Positions 47,444 through 58,546 of a DNA stretch of 64,000 bases are shown here, in pieces. Below the pieces are notes generated by a model that was given only the letters and a program-made list of their open reading frames with translations, searched no databases and was not told the origin of the DNA. This DNA is from a virus. Location of the stretch: the UHGV virus genome UHGV-0125199, one strand, 5' to 3'. The position numbers and the translations under genes are program-made. Numbering within the stretch: the stretch's first letter is position 1; the number at the start of each line of letters is the position of its first letter.

Positions 47444-49885
47444 ATGAAAGCATATGGACAAATTACACTAACTGTTGTGAATGATGGCGAACAAGGAAAT
47501 CCCGGAACACCCGCATTAAATGTAGTAGTTGCGAATGAATCACAGTCGATCCCATGTACGAATGCAGGACTTGTAAGCAAACAAATGCTGCTTGAAATAC
47601 CTTTCACTGGATATGAAGGCTTTACAAAAATTGCGTGTGAGGTTACAGTTGGTGAATTGCCATCCGGAATATCTCATACCGTTGAAAATGCAACACCTGA
47701 GAAGGACGGAAAAGTTATTTTAAATGTTGCTAAAAATGCAACTCTTGGTGGAGCCGATATTTTGAACGGTGTTATTAATCTAACATTTACGCTAAAAGGA
47801 CAGTCTGTTGTAAAACAATTCTCTTGGACAAAAACGAAAGATGGGGCTAATGGTTCTGCGCGAGTATATATGTTACAACCATCTACTTTAATTGTTAAGA
47901 AGCTTTCTGGTGATAAGTTTTCACCAGAAGCTGTTACATTTTCTGGTTTTTATAAAGATGGAAATGCGGCGGCTACAAATGAATATTCGGGTCGTTTTAT
48001 CATAGAAAGAAGCATAAATGGAACAACGTTTGAAACAGTATATACCTCTTCAAAAGATGAAGCAATCTCCATATATAAAGTACAAAAAGACGATGCTGCA
48101 ATTAAATGTACTTTATGTGCAAGTGGAAGTATTACTAATAAATTGGATTATCAGACTGTTACTGTCTTGAATGACGGAAGCAATACAAATTCTGGAGGAG
48201 TAAATCTTGTAGAAGAAACAAACAGGGGAGATAAAAATTGGCGATGGAATATGGAAGTTGGCGATTATACTACTTCTGCCGAATCTTCAAATAAAATAAA
48301 TTGTGCAAAACTAACGCGAGGGTCTTTGGCACAAACTGGATGGTCTTACATTTTGTATAGTAAAATCATGCCTGAAAAATACAAGCCTAATGAAGATTAT
48401 ATGATTTCTTTTGATGTGAAATCTAACGTTACTACTTCTATTAATGCGTATTTATGCGATGAAAACAGTATTAAGAATACCAATGATCTTGGAGAAACAT
48501 ATACTGCAATCAAAAATGAGATTGTGAAAGATGAATGGAAACAATGTATTTTTCAGGTGAGAACAAAGAAAGCTATTCCTGATACTAGGCAACAAGTACT
48601 GTATCTCACTGATATGGATTCAAAACCGAATACATATTATATGTTTAAAAATCTTCAAATTGAACGAGGAACAATTGTTACGGACTGGAAGCCTGCCCCA
48701 GAAGATATTAGTAATGGAATGTCTTCATTGGAAGAAACAATTATTACAAAGATTGGATTAGAGGTCGATAACTTAAATAAAAAGATTAGTGCGAAGGTTG
48801 ACCAGACAAAATTCAATCAGTATGTTGGAGAAAATGGAGAAATAATAACAGGCATCAATGATAAAGTAAATGATGTCCAAATTGGATTAGATGGCATCAA
48901 TACAAAAGTAAGCGAAGTTCAATCCACGCTTGACAAGAAAGCTGATGGAAGTACAGTACAAACATTAAGTCAAGAATTTTCTGAATTCAAACAATCGACA
49001 GAAGGATTTCAACAGACAGTTGTAAAGGACTATGTTACCAAAAAAGGACTTAGCGAAGAATTAAAAAAGAATGCTTCCTTTACTATTTCTCTCACAAATG
49101 ATGACCATACAATCCCAACAGATTCTCAGGGAAATAACGGAAATTATGCAGGGTGCGAAACCATAGTTGCAGCAACATTTGGTTCAGAAGATGTAACGAA
49201 AGATTGTTCATTTACACAGTCTCCGTCAGAAGGTGTGACAGGAACATGGAATTCTGGCACATTCACGTATACAGTTACAAATATGACAACTGATACTGGA
49301 TATGTGGATATTACAGGAAATTATACTGTCACTATTGATGAAAAGCAACAAGTCAAAACCAGTACCAAACGTTTTGTGCTGTCTAAGCGAAAAGATTCTA
49401 ATGCAGAAAATGCTATAGTATATATTCTTCAAGCATCTGACACAATCATTAAGAAATTAACTGAAACTACTTTTGATCCTGCAAAAATTACATTCTCTGC
49501 ATTTTGTAGAGAAGGAGCATCTGCACAAAAGAAATTTAAAGGTGTGTTTAAGATATCAGAAGCTGAAGGAAATGGCTCTTTCATTGAAAAATATTCATCT
49601 CAAGTTCTTGAAAATGAAGTTGTATATACTCCAAAATCTAAAAGCGTACAGAAAATACAGTGCATACTTTATAAAGATTTAAACAGGACGGAAGAATTAG
49701 ATAGACATACAATTACTGTTGTGTCAGATGCAACCGTAGATATTGGTTGCAGAAACTTAATCCGTAATTCCAAAACAATGTTGTTTGACGCATACGGATT
49801 TGTTAATGCTCCGAAAAATATTTACGCAACCGATCAGGACGGTTATAGATTAACAGATGAAAATGGAAATAGACTCATATATTAA
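47444..49885 (+). CDS. tail fibre/adhesin paralog (813 aa)
   Basis: N-terminal modules homologous to 44892 (...NESQSIPCTNAGLV...; ...DDHTIPTDSQGNNG...). A WKPAPEDI hinge motif shared with 51340 (WTPAPEDNI). Confidence 0.5.
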   Translation: MKAYGQITLTVVNDGEQGNPGTPALNVVVANESQSIPCTNAGLVSKQMLLEIPFTGYEGFTKIACEVTVGELPSGISHTVENATPEKDGKVILNVAKNATLGGADILNGVINLTFTLKGQSVVKQFSWTKTKDGANGSARVYMLQPSTLIVKKLSGDKFSPEAVTFSGFYKDGNAAATNEYSGRFIIERSINGTTFETVYTSSKDEAISIYKVQKDDAAIKCTLCASGSITNKLDYQTVTVLNDGSNTNSGGVNLVEETNRGDKNWRWNMEVGDYTTSAESSNKINCAKLTRGSLAQTGWSYILYSKIMPEKYKPNEDYMISFDVKSNVTTSINAYLCDENSIKNTNDLGETYTAIKNEIVKDEWKQCIFQVRTKKAIPDTRQQVLYLTDMDSKPNTYYMFKNLQIERGTIVTDWKPAPEDISNGMSSLEETIITKIGLEVDNLNKKISAKVDQTKFNQYVGENGEIITGINDKVNDVQIGLDGINTKVSEVQSTLDKKADGSTVQTLSQEFSEFKQSTEGFQQTVVKDYVTKKGLSEELKKNASFTISLTNDDHTIPTDSQGNNGNYAGCETIVAATFGSEDVTKDCSFTQSPSEGVTGTWNSGTFTYTVTNMTTDTGYVDITGNYTVTIDEKQQVKTSTKRFVLSKRKDSNAENAIVYILQASDTIIKKLTETTFDPAKITFSAFCREGASAQKKFKGVFKISEAEGNGSFIEKYSSQVLENEVVYTPKSKSVQKIQCILYKDLNRTEELDRHTITVVSDATVDIGCRNLIRNSKTMLFDAYGFVNAPKNIYATDQDGYRLTDENGNRLIY

Positions 49886-49897
49886 GGGAGGGAAATT

Positions 49898-50695
49898 ATG
49901 GCAGATAAAAAATTAACTGACGTTGATGTGGTGTCCTCTGCGGATGATTCCGATAATTTAATTTTGATTAAGGGAGGTGTTGCAAAAGCGGTTAGACAAA
50001 TTGCTATCTCCTCTCTTAATTTAGGAGGTGGAACATCCGGAACTATTATAGCTGTGGAGCTGCAAAAAACTGGAGATAAAGTACAATGGCGAGCAAAAAT
50101 GGAAGATGGACGCTTTAGTAGTTGGAAAGATTTGTTTAGTCTGACGGATGTAAAGGGGAATCCTGGCGATCCTGGAAAAGACGGGACAAGTCCAGTAATT
50201 TCTATTGGTACAGTTGAAACAGTTGAAAACAACATACCTGCTGCCGTTACTAAAACAGGAACAAGCGCCAGTCCTATCTTTAACTTTAAAATTCCAAAAG
50301 GCAAAAACGGGACAGGTTCTGGTGACGTAACCACAGAAATGCTTAATGCTACAATCAAAACAAATGTAACAGACAAGAATTTCTTACAGCAATCTCAAGC
50401 AGAATCTACTTATTTGAAGATAACTGAAGCAAACAACAAATACCAGACTATTTCTGGAATGTCTAATTATGTGACAAACAGTGCATTGAATAGCAAAGGA
50501 TATTTAACACAGTCTACAGCGGATAGTAGGTATATGACACAATCTCAATCCAGTAATTTTCTTACAACTTCTCAGGCATCTAGTACTTATGCCACAAAAG
50601 TAAGTGTTCCTTTTAACTTTGAAGAAATATCACAGGATGACTATGACAGACTTTCTCAAAAAGACAGCAACACAGTTTATATGATTGTGGGGTGA
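49898..50695 (+). CDS. collagen-like repeat tail fibre protein
   Basis: GNPGDPGKDGTSP Gly-X-Y repeat. S/T-rich C-terminal repeats. GGAGGG SD. Confidence 0.55.
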   Translation: MADKKLTDVDVVSSADDSDNLILIKGGVAKAVRQIAISSLNLGGGTSGTIIAVELQKTGDKVQWRAKMEDGRFSSWKDLFSLTDVKGNPGDPGKDGTSPVISIGTVETVENNIPAAVTKTGTSASPIFNFKIPKGKNGTGSGDVTTEMLNATIKTNVTDKNFLQQSQAESTYLKITEANNKYQTISGMSNYVTNSALNSKGYLTQSTADSRYMTQSQSSNFLTTSQASSTYATKVSVPFNFEEISQDDYDRLSQKDSNTVYMIVG

Positions 50696-50699
50696 TTGA

Positions 50700-51326
50700 A
50701 TGGGTATGGAAAAGGATGACAACACACTCAATGATGATTATGAGAAGGCAAAAACATGGACTATTACATACAATGCAAATGGTGGAACGAATGCACCACC
50801 ATCCCAGACTGTAAATGTCGGAGAATATATTACGATCACATCGTTAGAGCCTACCAGAAAAGGATATACTTTTTTAGGTTGGTCTACATGGAATGAATCG
50901 CCAGAACCTGAAGCAATGTTTACGCCGGGATATTCTTATAAGTCTGATTATAATTTAACTTTATATGCAGTGTGGAGGGAAGTACCCAAAAAAACATTCA
51001 CCATTACATATAATAAGAACACTATTGATACCGTTATTGGAATGCCAACAAATCAAACAAAAACAGAAGGAATCGGAATTTCTCTTTCAAAAGAAGTTCC
51101 AGTTAGAAGCGGATATGTATTTGTGCATTGGTCTGAGTCTTCTAGTGATAATGGAATTTCGTATAATCCAGGTGGCACATACACAAAAGACAACAACATG
51201 ACATTATATGCAATATGGAAACAAGAACATGAAAATATGTACATTGGCTCATCTTCTGTTTCTTCTATATATATAGGTAGTAACAAAGTTTCTGCGATGT
51301 ATATAGGAACAACAAAAATATGGTAA
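50700..51326 (+). CDS. protein with two Listeria-Bacteroides (Flg_new) repeats
   Basis: WTITYNANGGTNAPPSQTV...RKGYTFLGWST and FTITYNKNT...RSGYVFVHWSE match the Flg_new (PF09479) repeat consensus. Confidence 0.55.
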   Translation: MGMEKDDNTLNDDYEKAKTWTITYNANGGTNAPPSQTVNVGEYITITSLEPTRKGYTFLGWSTWNESPEPEAMFTPGYSYKSDYNLTLYAVWREVPKKTFTITYNKNTIDTVIGMPTNQTKTEGIGISLSKEVPVRSGYVFVHWSESSSDNGISYNPGGTYTKDNNMTLYAIWKQEHENMYIGSSSVSSIYIGSNKVSAMYIGTTKIW

Positions 51327-51339
51327 AGGAGGCGATATA

Positions 51340-53055
51340 TTGTCATCTTTTGAATCAGTAAAAATGGACAATCCATATGGGATTGATGATGAAGTATTAA
51401 AACTTACAATAGAATCAGAAGCAGATAGTTATCGTCTGCCTGATCTTGTGACAGAACCTGATAGTTACATATTCGTAATCTGGCATAAAACAGATACCCC
51501 TTGTACTATCTCATTTGATATATTTGGTGAAACTGTTGAATCTGAATCAAGTTCTCAATGGACGAAACTAGTGAAAGTCAAAAAGATTTCTGACTTAACA
51601 AATACTTCAATTGATATTACACCACCCACAAACAGCACCACATATTTCTATGAGGCATATCTAGCACGTGGAACAACGGATACATCTTGGACTCCTGCCC
51701 CAGAAGATAACATAGAAGATATTACCGGTCTAAAATCAGAAATCAAACAGACCGCAGAAAGAATTGATTTGGTCGTTGGAAACCTGAAAGGTCAAATGGC
51801 AGAACTGTCTATACAGGCAGATAAGATTGCTCAGAGAGTTGAAGATGTAAATAGTGGGCTTTCATCACAAATTGAACAGACAGAAAAGAATATTACACAA
51901 AGAGTAGATGATGTTGAAAATGGATTGTCTACTCAAATTGAACAGACGGAACAGGATATTATTCACTCTGTCGGGAAAACACATGTAACAGCTATTAGAT
52001 ATATTAGAGACTGGCTTAACGGAAGCAATTTAGATACGTCTAATAGATGGGCAGAATTAAATGTAATGTCTAATAATGTAGATATTGCTTCTGGAAAAAT
52101 ACCAGTATGTAAAAATGAAGAACATGAAGATGTGACTATATCTAACCCAGAATTGTATACTGACGGAGATACAACGAGATATATCGAAGCATCTGAAGGC
52201 TTAAAATATCTGGAACTTGATCTTGGAGATGTCAGAAATGATATAGACTCAATTACTGTATGGCACGAGTATCCGCTAACAAGTGGAGAAGAACAAAACG
52301 GTAAAATTTTTAATCATAAACTGCAAGTATCATCAGATAAAAATATTTGGTTTACTTTATATGATTCAAAATATCAGCAAAGCGGAGGATATAAAGAGGA
52401 TCCTAGTGGGAAAACTTATTTTATAAACGATACAATTATCAATGACAGCTTCTCTTCTGTTCAGCAGACAATTGATGGAATAAATACAACAATTCAGAAT
52501 GTTGAAAATAATTTAAAGACAGAAATCAAAGAAACAGCCAATGGATTTAATGTAAACATTCAAAAAATTCAGAACGATTTAGAGAACGCCAAATCATCTT
52601 TAAACAATGCAATCGACGCATTGAATACATCTTTTAACGTAGAGTTAGGGAAAATTTCTGGTGTTATTGAGGGTATAGATAAAGAAACAGACGAAAAGAT
52701 TTCTTCTGCAATTGAGCAATCTGCTTCTGGGTGGCAAGGTGTTTTCAAAAAGTATGGAATGTTTAAGGATGGAACATCTGTAAAAGAGTTAAATGTTAAT
52801 ATCAATGGAGAGGGAATTGAAGTACTGAATCCAGGAACATCAAGAAGTACTAAAATGAACACGCAAGGTTTTGAAGGATGGTTTAACGGGAATAAAGTTT
52901 TCTGGATGCAGGAAGATGCTACGAAAACATCACGTGTGTATGCAGACAGAGGTATTGAGTTGCCTACGCTAAAAATGATTCCTTTGACAGTACAAGACGG
53001 AAATAATATTACACGAAATGGAATCGCATTTGTAAAAACAGGTGGTTCAAGTTAA
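51340..53055 (+). CDS. tail fibre protein with coiled coil and a discoidin/F5-8-type-C-like carbohydrate-binding region
   Basis: 571 aa. TTG start after AAAGGAGG. Repeated coiled-coil heptads (GLSSQIEQTEKNITQRVDDVENGLSTQIEQTEQ) and a RWAELNVMS...DGDTTRYIEASEG..YLELDLG...WHEY beta-sandwich-like block. Confidence 0.45.
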   Translation: MSSFESVKMDNPYGIDDEVLKLTIESEADSYRLPDLVTEPDSYIFVIWHKTDTPCTISFDIFGETVESESSSQWTKLVKVKKISDLTNTSIDITPPTNSTTYFYEAYLARGTTDTSWTPAPEDNIEDITGLKSEIKQTAERIDLVVGNLKGQMAELSIQADKIAQRVEDVNSGLSSQIEQTEKNITQRVDDVENGLSTQIEQTEQDIIHSVGKTHVTAIRYIRDWLNGSNLDTSNRWAELNVMSNNVDIASGKIPVCKNEEHEDVTISNPELYTDGDTTRYIEASEGLKYLELDLGDVRNDIDSITVWHEYPLTSGEEQNGKIFNHKLQVSSDKNIWFTLYDSKYQQSGGYKEDPSGKTYFINDTIINDSFSSVQQTIDGINTTIQNVENNLKTEIKETANGFNVNIQKIQNDLENAKSSLNNAIDALNTSFNVELGKISGVIEGIDKETDEKISSAIEQSASGWQGVFKKYGMFKDGTSVKELNVNINGEGIEVLNPGTSRSTKMNTQGFEGWFNGNKVFWMQEDATKTSRVYADRGIELPTLKMIPLTVQDGNNITRNGIAFVKTGGSS

Positions 53056-53116
53056 TAAAAATTTTATGTCGTGTGCAGCATGGCATCCTTTTATATAGAT
53101 TGGAGAGTGATAAAGT

Positions 53117-55423
53117 TTGGCAAATTATGAAGTAGACTTTCAAGTCATAAGCCAAGTGAGAGATGAAGCAGCAAATGCTAGCAATGTAATAATTGCATTA
53201 AGATTTAGGAGAACTGATTACTATTACGTTGGGTGGAATTATCTCGATCAAGAAAGATGGAGATTAAACGCAGAAAATTTTTCAAACCAAGACACTGGGG
53301 ATGTCTCATGGGACTTAAATTACGGATATAATAATCCACTTCCGCAAAATCAATGGAGAGAAGTAGGAAGGAATAATTTTAGGTTGCCCCATAATGAAGA
53401 TGGTTCTCTCTCAATCAATATATATGGAAAAATTTATTTTGGAGTAAATCCAGGAACGCTTGAAGCAAGGAAGACTATTACATGTACTCCTAACAACAGA
53501 AATGTAAAGATTACTCAATTTGAAAAGAACGGAAGTACATATGGAACGACTGTTGGGTTTAATTGGTCTACATCTGATAATATTGACGCACTACACTTAT
53601 ACGACGGAGACACAAAGCTTAAAGAATTCTCTGTTTCTGGCAAATCCGGATCAATTACATATACAGTCACACCAAACAGAAATTATAGATTTCAAATTCG
53701 TGTCAAAAAAACTGGAACAAGTTTATGGACAAATAGTGGATATATAGACCATACTGTCGGGTATCCATCTATTACAGGTGATTTTAACTTTAATATCAAC
53801 TCTCCGATAAATTTATATTTTACTGGAACTACTCCAGCATCATCCGTATATTTATATGTAAATTCTAAGGATGACAGTAATTATATTGCTGAGAGAACAA
53901 ATATAACAAGTTCAAGCGTATCTATCAATTTAACCACGGAACAGAAAAATAAAATTTACCAGAAAGCTGGTCAAAAAGACTGGATCACAATAGTTGTTGT
54001 GCAGAACTTGCATTTGAATGGAGTTGAGACTCCGTATCAGCAGTATTCTGCAACAATGCAGCTTAATATATCTGGAACGGCACCAACATTTTCCAATTAT
54101 TCATACAGTAATAAAAACAGTACAATTTCAGGTATTCTTGGACAGAATAAAACACTAGCTAATGTAGAAGGTATGCAAGTTCAAATATCTACATCAAATA
54201 AAGCATACTCTTCTGTTTCTACAATTAGTAAATACGTATGCACTATTTCCGGTGGCAACAACAATAGTTTTAGCAGAACATATGAAGCGCAGGAATCACA
54301 ATCAGATGTATTGATCGATCTTGGAGCGATTACTGAATATGGAAGATACTCTATATCTGTTTATGCTGTAGATGCGCGTGGAATATCTTCTTCGCCTGTA
54401 ACGAAACAAAATGCTTTTGAAGTAATTGATTATCATGTTCCTCTTGCTACGACATTTGAACTGAAAAGGCAAGGGAATTTTGAAAAGGAAGTCAGCTTGA
54501 ATGTTGTTTGTAATATCTCTAGGGTAAGCGGATACAACACTTCTTTTGCTGCCTATTACAGATATTGTAAAACTGGAACAAGTATGCCTTCATCATGGAC
54601 TACTATAACAAATATTCAAAACGGAGGTACTAATGGTGACGATTATCGAAAAACCATAACAGATTCTAATTTCTTAATACTAGAAAAGGGAGAATCTTAT
54701 GATTTCCAATTTAAGTTTAAAGACAGGTTTTCTGAAGTCATCATCAATCCATCTTTGTCTCAAGGTGTTGCGCCACTGTCTGTTTATGAAGATGGTACTG
54801 TTGCTATAAATCGTGTCCCTGATTTTAATCAGACAGATAGGGCAAAATTGCAGATTGACGGAGATATCATGATAAACAGAAATAGTGATGATGAAGAGGT
54901 ATTCGTTGCAGAATCTTTGGAGTCTATGAGCACAAAGCTTAGCACGATTGAAGAAAACAATTCACAAATATTGTCAAAACTTAATGGAAAGATAGACCGG
55001 TCTGATATTGTTGATAATTTAACTTCCAGCTCGTCAACTGTTCCTTTAAGTGCAAATCAAGGACGAGTTTTAAAAGGGCAAATTAACAGTGTTCTTACAG
55101 TCGAAACAAGGGATTTATACGGGCTGCCTTGGGGAAATTCTATGAATGTAAGATTAGCAAAACTTGGATCAATTTGTATATGTAATATTGTTTGGACTGG
55201 TGCTACTGGCACTAGTAAATATGGAACTATATCCGAAATAACTATTCCTGATGGATTTAGACCTTATGGATCGGTTTATGCGACTACACAAAATGTCACA
55301 TCTAATTCTACATATGGCGCTTCAACACGAATTCAAATATCAAGCAATGGTAGGATTAGCTTTGTTACAGATAATACCGGGATGTTGGAACGACATGTTA
55401 CATTCGCATACAGTACAGCTTAA
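53117..55423 (+). CDS. large tail/baseplate structural protein (768 aa)
   Basis: TTG start after GGAGAGTGA. Beta-rich S/T/N-rich composition typical of receptor-binding proteins. Confidence 0.45.
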   Translation: MANYEVDFQVISQVRDEAANASNVIIALRFRRTDYYYVGWNYLDQERWRLNAENFSNQDTGDVSWDLNYGYNNPLPQNQWREVGRNNFRLPHNEDGSLSINIYGKIYFGVNPGTLEARKTITCTPNNRNVKITQFEKNGSTYGTTVGFNWSTSDNIDALHLYDGDTKLKEFSVSGKSGSITYTVTPNRNYRFQIRVKKTGTSLWTNSGYIDHTVGYPSITGDFNFNINSPINLYFTGTTPASSVYLYVNSKDDSNYIAERTNITSSSVSINLTTEQKNKIYQKAGQKDWITIVVVQNLHLNGVETPYQQYSATMQLNISGTAPTFSNYSYSNKNSTISGILGQNKTLANVEGMQVQISTSNKAYSSVSTISKYVCTISGGNNNSFSRTYEAQESQSDVLIDLGAITEYGRYSISVYAVDARGISSSPVTKQNAFEVIDYHVPLATTFELKRQGNFEKEVSLNVVCNISRVSGYNTSFAAYYRYCKTGTSMPSSWTTITNIQNGGTNGDDYRKTITDSNFLILEKGESYDFQFKFKDRFSEVIINPSLSQGVAPLSVYEDGTVAINRVPDFNQTDRAKLQIDGDIMINRNSDDEEVFVAESLESMSTKLSTIEENNSQILSKLNGKIDRSDIVDNLTSSSSTVPLSANQGRVLKGQINSVLTVETRDLYGLPWGNSMNVRLAKLGSICICNIVWTGATGTSKYGTISEITIPDGFRPYGSVYATTQNVTSNSTYGASTRIQISSNGRISFVTDNTGMLERHVTFAYSTA

Positions 55424-55461
55424 TGACAGCCAATACAGACTGTTTTTTTATTTGAAACGAG

Positions 55462-56103
55462 GTGATTACAATTTACACAATAATTATGAATGACGACAAA
55501 TCTCTCACTGCTACTGTCGTCACAACACTATATCAAAGAGAAAAATTAGCAGATAAAATTCAAATTTTAATTCCACAGAAATATGGAGATTTAAACCTAA
55601 TTGAATTTACCGCACTGTTAAAATATGTGGATCAGGCAAACGTTCCGCACGTAGAAATTCTACAAAAGGATAAAGACTTATATAAAGAACATATTCGTTA
55701 TGTACTTCCTGTAGACACCAATCTTACTCAATACGCAGGAGATATTGCAATTAGAATTACATTGCAAAAGAATGATATGGAAGTGAGAAAAACGTATGTA
55801 GTGCATACTGGAGAACTGATTATTAATATCAGTCCTTTAAAAGACTATTACACTTTTGTGCCAGATGAATCGTTGGAGTTTGTAGATCAGATTGTTGCAG
55901 ATTTACAGAACAAGATTGAGGCACTGGATAAAGTAGCTGACACTTATGACAAAACAAAAGCGGATAATATTCAAATTAAGAATGGAAACGAAATACAACT
56001 ACTTTCAAACAAAGTTCCTATCGGAGACAAAATCACTGTCACAAATGGTGGTTCTGGTGGAGAAACCGGTGGAAGCTGTAGTTTTGAAATTGTTGAATTT
56101 TAG
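55462..56103 (+). CDS. hypothetical structural protein (213 aa)
   Basis: GTG 55462 or ATG 55486. The C-terminus GGSGGETGGSC is flexible. Confidence 0.4.
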   Translation: MITIYTIIMNDDKSLTATVVTTLYQREKLADKIQILIPQKYGDLNLIEFTALLKYVDQANVPHVEILQKDKDLYKEHIRYVLPVDTNLTQYAGDIAIRITLQKNDMEVRKTYVVHTGELIINISPLKDYYTFVPDESLEFVDQIVADLQNKIEALDKVADTYDKTKADNIQIKNGNEIQLLSNKVPIGDKITVTNGGSGGETGGSCSFEIVEF

Positions 56104-56168
56104 AAATTAGGCGATAGGATCATTCCTGTCGTCTTTTTTATATATGAAAAATAAAGGAGGAACAAAAC

Positions 56169-57158
56169 ATGGCAGATTTAAATGTAAAATTTGCAACAGG
56201 TGAAAAGGGCAAGATTGAAGAAGCAAAAACAGCCGGAAAGTTGGATGCGAATGATTTTGTTGTGACAAGCGACACAGATGAACTTGCATTCATCAATAAA
56301 GACGGTGAGACAAAGTTTCTGAAATCTAAGTCTACAAAAGAGTATACACTGAAAGGAACTGATCTTGGTGCTCTTAAAGCCGGGCAGACTATCCCAAAAG
56401 AAATCGATATGGATGGATTACTGAACTTAATTACACAAAAATCTATTCCTGCAACATATACAAAACCGAGTGTTACTCTTACAAATAATGCTGGCTCTGC
56501 GGCGGGTAATGTTGAAGCAGGAACAAGCATTACTCCAAAATTGAGAGCCACATTTAACAAGAATGATGCAGGTGATTTGACAGCTATTTCTATTAAAAAA
56601 GGCGCTCAAAGTGTGAAAGATGGAACAGCATCTCCGCTTGATTACGCCGGAGAAGCAATCATTGTTGGAGATGAGACAGTTACATTTACTGCTTCTGCTA
56701 CTTATAAAGAAGGAGCAATTAAGAATGATAACCTTGGTAATCCATCTCCAAACGGACATATTCTGGCAGGAACTGTTGCATCTAGTGGATATTCAATTAC
56801 CGGGAAAAGAAATCTGTTTTATGGAACCGGAGTTGGAAATTTGCCAGAATTAAATTCTGCAACTGTTCGTGGTTTGGCAAATAAACAGTTGAATCCTTCC
56901 AATGGTCTTTCATTCAACATTAATATTGCACAAGGACAGCAGTTTATTATTTTTGCATACCCAGCAACTTTAAGAGACGTTAATCAGGTAATGTACGTTG
57001 AAACAAATGATACCGGAATGGCTTCTAGCTTTACAAAAACACTCGTTGACGTTGCGGATGCAAGAGGTGGAGAAAACGGAAAAACATCATATAAAGTATA
57101 TAGTTACCGGATGTCTACACCCGCTGCTGCTGGAATGACTTTTAAAGTAACCATTTAA
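56169..57158 (+). CDS. hypothetical tail fibre-associated protein (329 aa)
   Basis: AAAGGAGG SD. Beta-rich composition. Confidence 0.45.
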   Translation: MADLNVKFATGEKGKIEEAKTAGKLDANDFVVTSDTDELAFINKDGETKFLKSKSTKEYTLKGTDLGALKAGQTIPKEIDMDGLLNLITQKSIPATYTKPSVTLTNNAGSAAGNVEAGTSITPKLRATFNKNDAGDLTAISIKKGAQSVKDGTASPLDYAGEAIIVGDETVTFTASATYKEGAIKNDNLGNPSPNGHILAGTVASSGYSITGKRNLFYGTGVGNLPELNSATVRGLANKQLNPSNGLSFNINIAQGQQFIIFAYPATLRDVNQVMYVETNDTGMASSFTKTLVDVADARGGENGKTSYKVYSYRMSTPAAAGMTFKVTI

Positions 57159-57177
57159 ATAAAGGAGGATTGTAATT

Positions 57178-58512
57178 ATGGCTATTGATTCTAAAAATTT
57201 GCTCGTTGCTGTGAAGGCTTTTGCTCCTGCGAATCCACTTCCACTTGATTCACGTTCATTATGGGGTTCTCAAGGAGAAGCTGAAACGTATGCAAAGCAA
57301 CCAAATGCTTACGCCGGACAAATTATCACAGCAAAGGTAAACGGTAAATATAAAGCATTTGTACTACAAGGAGAAAACGGAAACTGTACTCTCGAAGCAG
57401 TTGGAGCTGACCCATCTGCTTTAAAACAGTATGTAATCGTTGGAACAAGACCAGAATCCGGACAGCAACAGGGCGTTATCTATATTGATACAAATGTTGG
57501 TTACATTTGGGATGGTGCTAAATGGGTTAAGGTATTTGAAGATGTGTCTACATCTATCACTGATTTCCAGAAACGTATTACGAAATTAGAAAGTGATATT
57601 AACCTGAAAGCAAACATTGCAAATGCTAACTTTACAGGAACAGTAAAACTGGAAGGAAAAGATTTAGCAACGAAAGAGTACGCAGAATCTCTCGTTAATG
57701 CTGCAAAATCTGAAGTTCCGATTGTAATTGACGAAGATCATCAATTCCCATCAGAAGCATATAAAGCTGGTCAGAAGTATGTTGTTGCTCTTGCCGGAAC
57801 ATACCTTGGACAGAAATGCGAAATCGGTGATTTGATTCTTATCGTAAAAGATTACAATGTTGAATCTGCATCTAATGCTGATGGAATCGTGTTGCAGTCT
57901 AACATTGACGGTGCCGTTACGAGTGCCGATCCTTCTGCTATTGAAGGCGAGATTGTTGTAATGAGCGGTGCTACCGGAAAGGTTATCAAATCTTCCAAAG
58001 TAAATATCTCTGCTCTGAATGAAGCAATCGCAAAAGCTCATGAACATGCAAATAAGGATAAACTTGACACATACACAAAGACTCAGGGAGAATTACTTGC
58101 GGCTGCTTCTGTTGATGCACAGAGCAAAGTAGACAAACTGAAAGAAACTGTAGATGGTAAGGCTGATAAAGCTACAACACTTGCAGGATACGGCATCGAG
58201 GATGCATACACAAAGACTGACATTGACGGAAAACTGAAAGTTATCAAAGATAATGTCAATACAAAAGTAGATGCTGCAACTGTTGATTCTAAGATTTCTG
58301 CTGCAAAACCAGGAATTTTATCTGAAGCTGCGCAGGCTGCCAATGAAGCCTTGAATACAAAAGTTGGCGATTTAGGTGAGTCTGGAACAGTTGTTGATTA
58401 TGTAAAACGTGCGGTAGGATCAGGAGGAGTAGATATAACCGACCAAATCAACGACGCTATTAAGCAAAGCAAAGCCTATACAGATGATAAATTGTCTATT
58501 ACAGAATTTTAA
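57178..58512 (+). CDS. tail fibre-like protein (444 aa)
   Basis: AAAGGAGG SD. Central coiled coil (ITDFQKRITKLESDINLKANIANANFTGTVKLEG) followed by repetitive K/D-rich helices. Confidence 0.45.
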   Translation: MAIDSKNLLVAVKAFAPANPLPLDSRSLWGSQGEAETYAKQPNAYAGQIITAKVNGKYKAFVLQGENGNCTLEAVGADPSALKQYVIVGTRPESGQQQGVIYIDTNVGYIWDGAKWVKVFEDVSTSITDFQKRITKLESDINLKANIANANFTGTVKLEGKDLATKEYAESLVNAAKSEVPIVIDEDHQFPSEAYKAGQKYVVALAGTYLGQKCEIGDLILIVKDYNVESASNADGIVLQSNIDGAVTSADPSAIEGEIVVMSGATGKVIKSSKVNISALNEAIAKAHEHANKDKLDTYTKTQGELLAAASVDAQSKVDKLKETVDGKADKATTLAGYGIEDAYTKTDIDGKLKVIKDNVNTKVDAATVDSKISAAKPGILSEAAQAANEALNTKVGDLGESGTVVDYVKRAVGSGGVDITDQINDAIKQSKAYTDDKLSITEF

Positions 58513-58546
58513 CTATAAAAATATATAAGAATCGGAGGTGCTAATT

